Positions 18,022-27,679 of a stretch of 64,000 bases of DNA are shown here, in pieces; within the stretch, counting starts at the first letter, position 1; the number at the start of each line of letters is the position of its first letter. Position numbers and translations under genes: made by a program. Under the pieces are notes generated by a model. The model had not been told where the DNA came from. It saw only the letters and a program-made list of their open reading frames with translations, and did not search any database. The stretch covers positions 62,001-126,000 of the IMG/VR virus record IMGVR_UViG_3300028735_000003, one strand, 5' to 3'.

Positions 18022-18830
18022 TATCCTCCGCCCCCGCACGCTTCGTAGCGCGCTTCAAGCTCCGACCAGTTGTCGAAGTCAAGAATTCTTCTAATCTCGC
18101 GAGCCCTTGCATGCTCAAGGGCAGCTTTCATGGCGAAAACTCGCCATTCAGTTTCGGCGACGGTAGCATCATCTACCGTGCCTTCGGCGCGCAATTCACG
18201 CGCCAATTCCCGCTTGACACGCGCATCGATGACGAATTCATCGCGCGCATGTTCCGCGGTTACAAGCGCCGATACAAGTGACCGACGCATCTTGCTGGCG
18301 CGGCTTCCCACGCCAGCCGATCCAAAGACAACTGCCCTACCATGCCGGTTGGCATGGTCATCGGGCACAACATTAGGGTGACGAATCTCGAACATAATGA
18401 TCCGGCAGACGTCAAGCAAGGTACCTGTCGCCATATCTGGCATGAGGTATGCCACGCGATGGTCCTTAGTTTGACGAAGCCAAGCAATAAAGCCGTTACA
18501 ATAAGCGCGCAATTCCGTTGAAGTAGGATTCCGCCGTTGCGGCATCCCCTTTTCGTCACAATAAGCAATCTTTCCGTTGATGGCGGAATGGAATTCATCC
18601 GGTGACAACGGAATTGCGGAAGGGAATTCAGCATTAGCTGAATTCCAACCAGACTTAGACTTACGTGTCCCTTTACAATCAGAACACGACTTAGACTTCA
18701 CGGAACGCGGCTTAGTTGTAGTCGCGTCCGCGGACGAATCTGGAACCATTGCGGAGATAGAATTCTCCGCAATGTAGGTCGAAGCCAATCCTGCGAGAAA
18801 ACTATCAACAATAGACCTAGACATGGCCAA
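18021..18830 (-). CDS. hypothetical protein
   Basis: 269 aa, AAGGGAG RBS, GC-rich codons. Confidence 0.7.
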   Translation of the reverse strand: MAMSRSIVDSFLAGLASTYIAENSISAMVPDSSADATTTKPRSVKSKSCSDCKGTRKSKSGWNSANAEFPSAIPLSPDEFHSAINGKIAYCDEKGMPQRRNPTSTELRAYCNGFIAWLRQTKDHRVAYLMPDMATGTLLDVCRIIMFEIRHPNVVPDDHANRHGRAVVFGSAGVGSRASKMRRSLVSALVTAEHARDEFVIDARVKRELARELRAEGTVDDATVAETEWRVFAMKAALEHARAREIRRILDFDNWSELEARYEACGGGG

Positions 18831-18930
18831 CTCCCTTCTTTCGGGGGTATTCCCTCACTGTTGCGCCACAATTGTTTCATGATGGGTTTACATTATAGGT
18901 AGGTTGAATCCAACAATAATGAAACGAAGA

Positions 18931-19064
18931 CGGTATAGCAGTTGCTATTAGCAAAAACCATACCTGTTCTAAAACTGAATTGGTACTAATCATGCTATAG
19001 CAAAAATAATGCCACCTCTCAAAGAGACTCGGCACAACAATTGCTCCTTACAATATTCATGCCA
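18931..19064. promoter_or_regulatory. sigma54 cluster 4 (5 sites plus 1 variant)
   Basis: 18931(+), 18950(-), 18981(+), 18999(-), 19030(+); GG-N10-GT variant at 19049(-). Confidence 0.8.
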
Positions 19065-19347
19065 ACTACTTGATATTCAATATGTTTTTCACCGGACGAC
19101 AATCCCTAACCGAACTAATACTATAAAAAAAAGATAAAAAGTAGTTTTTGGTATAGTAAAAACTATATACTTTACGGACTTTCGTTATGTTCCTGCCGTC
19201 CGACAATTCCAGAACATATTAGAATCTGAAAATTATAACATTACTGTATATTACAAATAAAAAAAATATTCCAGAATATAAAAGAAAAAGAAAAATAATG
19301 AATAACAGTATAATGAGAAATAAAAATAAAAACTGGATTATTGATTT

Positions 19348-19482
19348 TGGCATAGGAAATGCTACTTGCAAAGAGCGTACCATCGTCGATTGAACTATTG
19401 GACGATGGCATGAGTATTGCTAATTGCAAGGAATATGCCAGTGAAGATTCTGAACAAGAGCCGCGTTGGCACGCGATTTGCC
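19348..19482. promoter_or_regulatory. sigma54 cluster 5 (5 sites)
   Basis: 19348(+), 19367(-), 19406(+), 19425(-), 19467(+) TGGCACGCGATTTGCC. Confidence 0.8.
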
Positions 19483-19822
19483 CCCCAAATAGGGGATACA
19501 AGCTTAAAAATTCAATGAAATAATTAATAAATCTTATCAAAATCAGTTTAAGACAAATCTAAAATAAGCTAAAGACCGATTTAACATGGTTCATAACGTG
19601 TCATTTGAAGGTTACAGACTAGTTCAAAACAGGTAATTAGAACATTAAAAGGGACGCTTCCACACTATTTGACACTTTTTGACACTTGAAAACACCAATT
19701 TTAAATTTTAAATTTTCTTATAGTTTCTTATAACATTATATTAATAATTTAATGACACTACATATATGGTCATTTTAAAATCTACTGATAATGGGGCATA
19801 AATATATAATTGGGATTATGAC

Positions 19823-20446
19823 ATGTACAGAACAAAGATATTGATATTTGTGGTAGGTATATTGTTAAATATAATATGTGGATGTCGGGACGAGAATCCG
19901 AGGTATCATTATATAGAGAGGGAGAAAGTAATTTACGAAGAAGTGATAATGCCAGTCTACTTAGATGTATTATTTAGTGATAAAGAGGAGACAGAGATAG
20001 AGCTTGGGTTAGACAGATGGAACAAGACACTTAATGGGTATATGAGGTTTGAGTATGCTGGTGAAATGGATATGGAGATATGGGCATTGAAGAAGATAGT
20101 AAATGGTGAGGCATATGGAATTTTCAGACTAAGTGAGGGGGATGATATATTAAAGAGGGCAGACGAGAGTAGGGAAGAGGGGGAGAAGGTATTAGGATTT
20201 GTAAATAAAGTAGGTGGCAGTTATATGTATTTAGCCCCTACTAGGATGAATGAAGGGGACATATATTACATAGTAATGCATGAGGCAGGGCATTTACTAG
20301 GGGCACGACATACGAGTGAAGGTATAATGAGGGGGAGTTATATAAGGGGGTACAATGGATTATGTATAGACAAGAGTGCGATAGAGCAAATAATAATTGG
20401 TAGGAATTGGGAATTAGATAGGATTAACTATTGTGTTAAAGATTAA
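19823..20446 (+). CDS. metzincin (matrixin/M10-like) zinc metallopeptidase, putative lipoprotein
   Basis: HEAGHLLGARH zinc motif followed by GIM Met-turn; N-terminal hydrophobic signal ending ICGC. Confidence 0.8.
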   Translation: MYRTKILIFVVGILLNIICGCRDENPRYHYIEREKVIYEEVIMPVYLDVLFSDKEETEIELGLDRWNKTLNGYMRFEYAGEMDMEIWALKKIVNGEAYGIFRLSEGDDILKRADESREEGEKVLGFVNKVGGSYMYLAPTRMNEGDIYYIVMHEAGHLLGARHTSEGIMRGSYIRGYNGLCIDKSAIEQIIIGRNWELDRINYCVKD

Positions 20447-21529
20447 TGAGGGGACATTTAATATTGGCAGAGAATTCTACAAAGATAATCTGAGATTTTA
20501 CATTACATTAAATTTATTATAATTATTTACATAAAACTTAGTTATCGTATATAGTGATTTTACGGAATTTACATCTAGTATAGATCTGGATAGGGAAATA
20601 TAATCTGATTATATTAGAATCTTGATACATGTATAGAAACAATTATCTAATGGATTTATGGATACTGAATTATTTTTCGGTAAGTGAATGATTACAGAAT
20701 GTAGTTATTACAGAATTTTAGGTTAAAAAAAATTAAAATTTAGCTCATATAATACGTCACAACATATTTAGTAGAAGTTATCAATTTTAAAGTTATAATT
20801 TTCACTACATAGTTTTATTATTAATGAAGGAGACATTTATTTTAAGTATGACCAGCACTTAAGCTTATTGGTTGACACACGGACTTATTTTACGTTCCAC
20901 TTTTAGCTGGAGCAGAGGTACTGAGGCAGAGGTAAAGTTATTGAGGCTATTCTTGGCAGAAATGACATTAGGTATTCATTATTTTGTGTTGAGACGGCGA
21001 ACATACAGTTATCGCAATTCGTTTGATTATTTATGTTAGGCTCTAAATTTGGATTATAGTATGTGCAAATGATGAATGATGATAGTATTACAATCAATTT
21101 AATATTAATGTTTGTAGTATTCGATTAATTTTGATACTGGGCATTTATTGGCAAAAAACATAAATATATGCAATGATTATATATTATGGAGAGCGACTTG
21201 ATTGCAGATACAGGTATAATATGGTTACAGAATTTGGAAATAATGAAGTGAATATGGGGCAGTTATTATTTTGGTGAGTGCCGCCCGAAACTCCCTTTGG
21301 TTCATATGATATGTTACAACATGTCACGGCACATCATACAGGGCTAAGATTTAATGAAAGGTTATAGTAATTGGGGTTAAAGTTATGTATTTCAAATTAG
21401 AATATATCTAGGTATTATAATTTTTACTATAGTTTTAGAGTAACGGAGTATAAGTTTAGGCAGTATTGTAGTCGAACGGTGTTTGCAATTTTGTGGGCGA
21501 AGGGAGTTATTTTAGAATTTTGATTTATT

Positions 21530-21850
21530 TTAAGTTTCGATATAACCAGATATTGTTTTTTTATTGAAACACGAGGATAGTTTTAAGTTTAGCCATTGCA
21601 TTTTTATATGCAGGTGCAAGATGAAGCGTGTTGGATATTTGATTTATTAAGTTATTTTTCTGCATCTGGGAATTGAGGATTGATAATTCTAGTAAAGTTA
21701 TGTTGATAATTTGAATAGAGGCAGTAAACATACAGTTACAGTTATCGGAATTAATGCGGATAATTTTCTTTATGTATATATTTTATACAATTTTTTGTAA
21801 TTGTATTTTACAAACTGGGCAGATCATAACATAGTTAGGTACAGTTTTAA
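21530..21850 (-). pseudogene. decayed copy of 23659..24027
   Basis: MICPVCK start and YQHNFTRIINPQFPDAEK segment with stops and frameshifts. Confidence 0.65.
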
Positions 21851-21854
21851 TTTT

Positions 21855-22262
21855 TGTTGTATATTATTTGGGTTAATATTTGGGATACCATTTATAGTAA
21901 TCATTTTAATATGAGTTGTATATTATTTTGTTGTATATTATATGTGTTTATATTTATGGCACCATTTATAGTAATGGTATTAGTCGAAGCCGTTGATATT
22001 TCTTTCTTATATTTTGCTGACCATATTTTAGTTTTATTTATGTCATAGTAGAAGCGGACGTAATATTGATATTGCAATATAGTATAGTGGACCACATTTG
22101 GAATATTCTACCATCACCGTAGTACATTACACTACATTTATCACATAATATTATTAAATCCAATTGATTATATGTTGATGTTGGGCGTAGATCCGAATTA
22201 TAATATGGGCAGATAATGATTGATGATTTATCTATATTTGAATTACAGTATGGGCAAATCAT
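21855..22262 (-). pseudogene. frameshifted copy of the MICPYCN gene
   Basis: N-half in ORF 22038..22262, C-half (YYVRFYYDINKTKIWSAKY...) in ORF 21901..22095 in another frame. Confidence 0.7.
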
Positions 22263-22968
22263 AATAGCGTTGCAATCAATTTAGTATTAAATTTAATTAA
22301 AGTTATAGCAGCGGACATACAATTAACACAAGTAAATTTGTTTTTGTTTTACATTGGGTTTATATTGGGGATATTATTGATAATAACGGTTTTAGGATAA
22401 GTTATTTGTATTTCTTCTATACATTTTAATGACCATATTTCAGTTTTATTTCTATTATAATAGAAGCAGACGTAGTATTTATATGGCATAATGAGTGTTC
22501 AGGGGATTCGATTAAAATTTAAATATGCTTAGCAACATATTACGGCACATCATACAGTGCCAAGATTTAATGAAAGGTTATTGTAATTATGGTTGAAGTT
22601 ATCGACATTAAGTTATAATATATTTAGGTATTATAATTTTTACTACAAGTATAAGTTTAGACGTGGTTGTAGGCGAACGGCGTTACATTATTGGCAATTG
22701 TTTTTATAGATGCTGGGAATGCGAGTTATATATTGGTTTTATTGAAACACTAGAATAGTTTTAAGTTTGGCTATTGCATTTCATTTATTTTTCTGTTTCA
22801 GGGAATTGAGTACCATAAATCTAGTATTGTAGTTTTTAGTATGAATAGATAATAGAGACAGAAGACATATATTTATCACAATTAATACAGGCAATTTTCT
22901 TTATGTATAGATTTTCTATAATTTTTGTAGTTGTATTTTACAAAGTTGTATTTTACAAAATGGTCAGA

Positions 22969-23280
22969 TTATAACATAGTTAGGTACAGTTTTAATTTTT
23001 GTTGTATATTATGTGGATTTATATTTAGGATACCATTTATAGTAATAGCATTAGTCGAAGCCGTTGATATTTCTTCCCTATATTTTACTGACCATATTTC
23101 AGTTTTATTTATGTCATAATGGAAGCAAACCAAGTGTTTAAATGGTATAATAGTGGTCCAGATTTGAAATATTCTACCGTTATGATTGTAAAACACATTA
23201 CATTTATCGCATAATATCATTAAATACAATTGATGATTTATGTTAGATTCTAAGATTGAATTACAGTATGGGCAAATCAT
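22969..23280 (-). CDS. CPxC zinc-finger family protein (type X)
   Basis: MICPYCN...LCDKC...QQKLKLYLTML. Confidence 0.7.
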   Translation of the reverse strand: MICPYCNSILESNINHQLYLMILCDKCNVFYNHNGRIFQIWTTIIPFKHLVCFHYDINKTEIWSVKYREEISTASTNAITINGILNINPHNIQQKLKLYLTML

Positions 23281-23658
23281 GATAGTATTACAATCAATTT
23301 AATATTAGTGTTTGTATGGTTCGATTAATTTTTAATACGTGGTTTTGATTAGCAAGTGATAATTAAATCAAATTTAAATATTTGCAATTTATAATAAAGT
23401 AAAAAGGGGCGGTTGTTATTTTGGTGAGTGCCGCCCGAAGCTCCCTTTGGTTTATATGATATGTCACAACATGTGACGGCACATCATACAGGCCAAGATT
23501 TAATGAAAGGTTATAGTAATTGGGGTTAAAGTTATGGATTTCAAATTAGAATATATCCAGGTATTATAATTTTTACTACAGTTTTCGGAGTATAAGTTTA
23601 GGCAGTATTGTAGTCGAACGGTGTTTGCAATTTTGTGGGCGAAGCGAGTTATTGGTTT

Positions 23659-24027
23659 TTATTGAAACACGAGGATAGTTTTAAGTTTAGAGATTGCATT
23701 TTTAGGGAAGATATTGATAATATGATTGATATTAAATATGCAGGTCCAAGATGAAGCGTGTTGGACATTTGATTTATTAAGTTGTTTTTCTGCTTCAGGG
23801 AATTGAGGACCCATAATTCTAGTAAAGTTATGTTGATAATCGACTATAAACCAATACGTCAACGAATCATATTGAACAAATATTGTAGTTTTTAGTAGTT
23901 CATTATTTTGAGTAGAGACAGTAAACATACAATTACAGTTATCACAATTAATGCGGATAAATTTTTCTTTATGTATAGATTTTTCTATAATTTTTTGTAG
24001 TTGTATTTTACAAAATGGGCAGATCAT
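23659..24027 (-). CDS. CPxC zinc-finger family protein (type Y)
   Basis: MICPFCK...CDNC...ISKLKTILVFQ. Confidence 0.7.
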   Translation of the reverse strand: MICPFCKIQLQKIIEKSIHKEKFIRINCDNCNCMFTVSTQNNELLKTTIFVQYDSLTYWFIVDYQHNFTRIMGPQFPEAEKQLNKSNVQHASSWTCIFNINHIINIFPKNAISKLKTILVFQ

Positions 24028-24335
24028 AAGATAGTTAGGTACAGTTTTAATTTTTGTTGTATATTATGTGGATTTATATTTAGGATACCATTTATAGTAA
24101 TGGTATTAGTATAAGTTTTGGGGAGTTCTTTTGTACATTTTACTGACCATATATTTGTGTGATTTGTATTATAGTAGAAGCGAACAAAGTGTTTATATTG
24201 TACGATATTAGTCCAAATCTGAAATATTCTACCATCATGGAGGTATATTACATTACATTTATCGCATAGTATCATTAAATATAATTGATTATTTATATTA
24301 TATTTTAAAATTGAATTACAGTATTGGCAAATCAT
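24024..24335 (-). CDS. CPxC zinc-finger family protein (type X)
   Basis: MICQYCN...LCDKC...QQKLKLYLTIL; 4-nt overlap with 23659..24027. Confidence 0.7.
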   Translation of the reverse strand: MICQYCNSILKYNINNQLYLMILCDKCNVIYLHDGRIFQIWTNIVQYKHFVRFYYNTNHTNIWSVKCTKELPKTYTNTITINGILNINPHNIQQKLKLYLTIL

Positions 24336-24653
24336 GATAGCATTACAATCAATTTAAGAGTTCATGGGATTAGATTAAAAATTAAATATATGACATTGAG
24401 TCGCCCGGAGCTCCATTTGGTTTACATGATGCTTAGCAACATATCACGGCACATCATACAGGAGCAATATTTAATGAAAGGTTATGGTAATTGTGGGTGA
24501 AGTTATCGACATCAAGTTATAATATATTTAGGTATTATAATTTTCACTATAAGTATAAGTTTAGACGGTATTGTAGGCGAACGGCGTTACATTATTGGCA
24601 ATTCTTTTTATAGATGCGGGAAAGGCGGGTTATATATTGGTTTTATTGAAACA

Positions 24654-25205
24654 CTAGAATAGTTTTAAGTTTAGCCATTGCATTTTAGGGGAGATATTGA
24701 TAATTTCATTAAGATGAAATAATTCTATTGTTGATATTTCTTCTCTATATTTTAATGACCATATTTCAGTTTTATTTATGTCATAATAGAGGCAAACGAA
24801 GTGTTTATACGGTGTAATGGTGGTCCAGATCTTAAATATTCTACCATCATTATGGTACAACACATTACATTTATCGCATAATATTATGAAAGATACAGTT
24901 TTAATTTTGTTGTATATTATGTGTATTTATATTTAGGACAACATTTTTAGTAATAATTGCTGAAGATTCTTATATACATTTTACTGACCATATTTCAGTT
25001 TTATTTATGTCATAATAGAGGCAAACGAAGTGTTTATACGGCATAATGGTTGTCCAGATGCGAAATATTGTACCATCATTAATGTACTGTACAATACAAT
25101 ACAATACAATACAATACATTACAATACATTACATTTACTGCATAGTATAATTAAATATAATTGATTAGTAATGTTATGTTCTAAATTCGAATTACAGTAG
25201 GGACA
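24654..25205 (-). pseudogene. disrupted and chimeric type X/Y copies with a (TACAA)n microsatellite
   Basis: MICPYCNSNLEH start at 25205 broken by repeats at 25085-25137; second fragment ends in a type-Y-like tail. Confidence 0.6.
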
Positions 25206-25207
25206 AA

Positions 25208-25573
25208 TCATGATAGAAGCACGATCAATTTAATTTTATTAAACAATTTATTATAGTTCATAGGCAATATAGGCTGAGTTTTACAGACATGTTTAAATAA
25301 GACGTGACCTATTTTATATTCGGTAGTAGCATTTGGGTGATCTGGTGGTATATGTATAGCTATTTGTGTATAGTTATTATATGTATCGATTTTATATGGC
25401 ATAACAATCATTTCATGATATTTATATTTACGATCTACTACATAATGGAATTTTTGTTTACCGCCTTGGAACTTAATAGGGGTTGGGCACCAATAGACTC
25501 CACGATTTACATCTTGAGTTTTCATAATTTTACCGCACAACGGGCATAATTCTGTTATTTGTTTTCTTATCAT
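25208..25573 (-). CDS. CPxC family protein with conserved C-terminal tail
   Basis: CPLCG...FNKIKLIVLLS. Confidence 0.7.
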   Translation of the reverse strand: MIRKQITELCPLCGKIMKTQDVNRGVYWCPTPIKFQGGKQKFHYVVDRKYKYHEMIVMPYKIDTYNNYTQIAIHIPPDHPNATTEYKIGHVLFKHVCKTQPILPMNYNKLFNKIKLIVLLS

Positions 25574-25860
25574 TAGGCAACTTTCATTGGTAAGTCATGA
25601 TTAATATCAAAATTATTTTAAAATATAATACTGCAATAACAAGGTAGTTTCTATAAAACAGAAGTCAATTTTATAAAAATAGCGGGTATATTTTTTAATT
25701 TGGTGACATTTTCCGTTGGTGATGAAGTTTTAGGTATAAATTTCATATATTTAATGATCATTTGCAAAATAAATTATCACCAACGCAGTGTTTTTGGCAA
25801 TAGGTATGGACATTTTATTATTAATAAAATCGCATATTGATATAACATACGGGAGATATT

Positions 25861-27669
25861 ATGCCTTTATTTTCAATCATCAATACGCCGGTGGAATTTT
25901 TACAATCGAAATCATGGATTACGAACAAATTTTTTGTTAATTTTGGATACATTGAAGATGGTCCTGGAACAGATTTAAAGTTCTCAAACAGTGCTATGGT
26001 TACTACGCCGATAGAACAGAATCCGTCATTAAAACAATATTTTAAGCCAATTAGCGATCAATACAACCTAAGTTCTTGTGTTGCGAATGCTGTTGCTGAT
26101 TGTTTTGAAGCACAGATGGCTCATAGGAAGGGTTGTGATCCATCTAATATAGAAGATATTTCCAGATTATTTATTTATTGGAACGCCAGGAATCTTTCCA
26201 ATCCACCTACAAGTAACATAGATAAGGGGTCACAGATCAGGTTAGCTTTTGACAGCATGGCACGTTACGGAGCGCCGAGTGAGAAGACATATCCATATGA
26301 TTTATCGAATGTGAACGTAAGACCACCTATTATTGCATATCGCGAAGCTATTAAACATAGGATTAGTAAGTTTTACAGAATAGACGTGGGAGGGATTAAT
26401 AGAATAGTTCAAATCAAGCAAGCATTATCTGCTGGTAATCCAGTTGTATTTGGGACTAAAGTAGCGGAGAGTTTTAAGTATGTAAACAGTGACGAAGTAG
26501 TGGTTAATCCTGGTGGTGGGTGGATAGGTGGACATGCTATGTGTATAGTGGGGTGGTCTGAAGACAAGCAAGCATTTGAAGTTAGAAATTCTTGGGGATG
26601 TTATGATGACAAGACAGAGATTTTGACAAATGATGGTTGGAAATTATTTAAAGATGTAACGTATAATGATAAATTTGCGACATTAAACTCTGATACGCAT
26701 CATTTGGAATTTCAAAAAGCATCAAAAATACATGAGTATGATTTTAGCGGCAAACTTTATTATTTCAAAGATGGACATATAGATCTTGCAGTTACTCCAA
26801 ATCACAGAATGTACGTAGGAGACTATAAAGACAAAGACGACACATCATGGAGTATTAAAAGAGCTGATGAAATTTCAAAGCCTATTTATTTTAAAAAAGA
26901 CGTTATAAACATTGTTCCGGACGTAAGTCACTTTAATATTGAAGACAAAACAGTTGAAGCTGATACGTGGTTAGAATTTATGGGTTATTTTCTATCATGT
27001 GGATACAATTGTGAAAAACATAATAAAACAACTATTTACGAGACAATTGGGTTAAATAAAGATAAGATTAATCATTGTTTGAAAAAACTTCCATTTAAAT
27101 TTTCTAAAGACAAAAAATCTATAAATCACAAAAGTATAAATAGATGGCATTATACAACGAAAGAATTATATAAATATCTTTCTATCTTTGGAAAAGAGGA
27201 TGAAAAATTCATACCACGCTATCTTTTAGAATTATCTCGTCGTCAAAGTAAGATTTTACTAGACGCTATGATGCTTGGTAATGGCACAAAAGTCAAAGGA
27301 AAATATATTTATCATACTTCATCCAAACAATTAGCAGATGATATTCAGGAGTTAGCTTTGCGCTGTAATTTATCGGCAGATATAAGAATTACAAACAGAG
27401 TTAGATCAAAAAATAATAAACACGCAGAATATAAGATAAAAATTAAAACTACAAAAACTATGTCACAATTCAATAATGAACCGATTCAGAAGTCATATAC
27501 TGGTAAAGTTTATTGTGTGACAGTACCAAATGGTCTATTATATGTTAGGAGAAATGGTAAAGCAGTATGGTGTGGAAATTCTGATTGGGGAGTTAATGGA
27601 TATTGTTGGATGGATAAGAACTATATAGCATCTAGCATAACTTCAGACATTTGGGTACCAACTGTTTAA
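25861..27669 (+). CDS. papain-like (C1) cysteine peptidase containing an intein
   Basis: QYNLSSCVANA (catalytic Cys), GGHAMCIVGW (His), VRNSWG (Asn), then intein, then SDWGVNGYCWM. Confidence 0.9.
   Translation: MPLFSIINTPVEFLQSKSWITNKFFVNFGYIEDGPGTDLKFSNSAMVTTPIEQNPSLKQYFKPISDQYNLSSCVANAVADCFEAQMAHRKGCDPSNIEDISRLFIYWNARNLSNPPTSNIDKGSQIRLAFDSMARYGAPSEKTYPYDLSNVNVRPPIIAYREAIKHRISKFYRIDVGGINRIVQIKQALSAGNPVVFGTKVAESFKYVNSDEVVVNPGGGWIGGHAMCIVGWSEDKQAFEVRNSWGCYDDKTEILTNDGWKLFKDVTYNDKFATLNSDTHHLEFQKASKIHEYDFSGKLYYFKDGHIDLAVTPNHRMYVGDYKDKDDTSWSIKRADEISKPIYFKKDVINIVPDVSHFNIEDKTVEADTWLEFMGYFLSCGYNCEKHNKTTIYETIGLNKDKINHCLKKLPFKFSKDKKSINHKSINRWHYTTKELYKYLSIFGKEDEKFIPRYLLELSRRQSKILLDAMMLGNGTKVKGKYIYHTSSKQLADDIQELALRCNLSADIRITNRVRSKNNKHAEYKIKIKTTKTMSQFNNEPIQKSYTGKVYCVTVPNGLLYVRRNGKAVWCGNSDWGVNGYCWMDKNYIASSITSDIWVPTV
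26599..27579 (+). mobile_element. intein (327 aa) with degenerate LAGLIDADG domain
   Basis: Begins CYDDKTEILT, block B VTPNH, ends VYCVTVPNGLLYVRRNGKAVWCGN, +1 Ser. Confidence 0.9.
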
Positions 27670-27679
27670 GGAGAGGTAC

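Larger units (their letters stand above)
20900..25210 (-). repeat. tandem, partly decayed cassette array of MICPxC genes with four copies of a conserved intergenic block
   Basis: CGGCACATCATACA at 21327, 22543, 23477, 24447; repeated gene segments. Confidence 0.85.

Noticed and set aside
20900-25210. Diversity-generating retroelement
   Set aside because: No reverse transcriptase in the window; differences between copies include indels and are not obviously adenine-restricted by eye (not computed).
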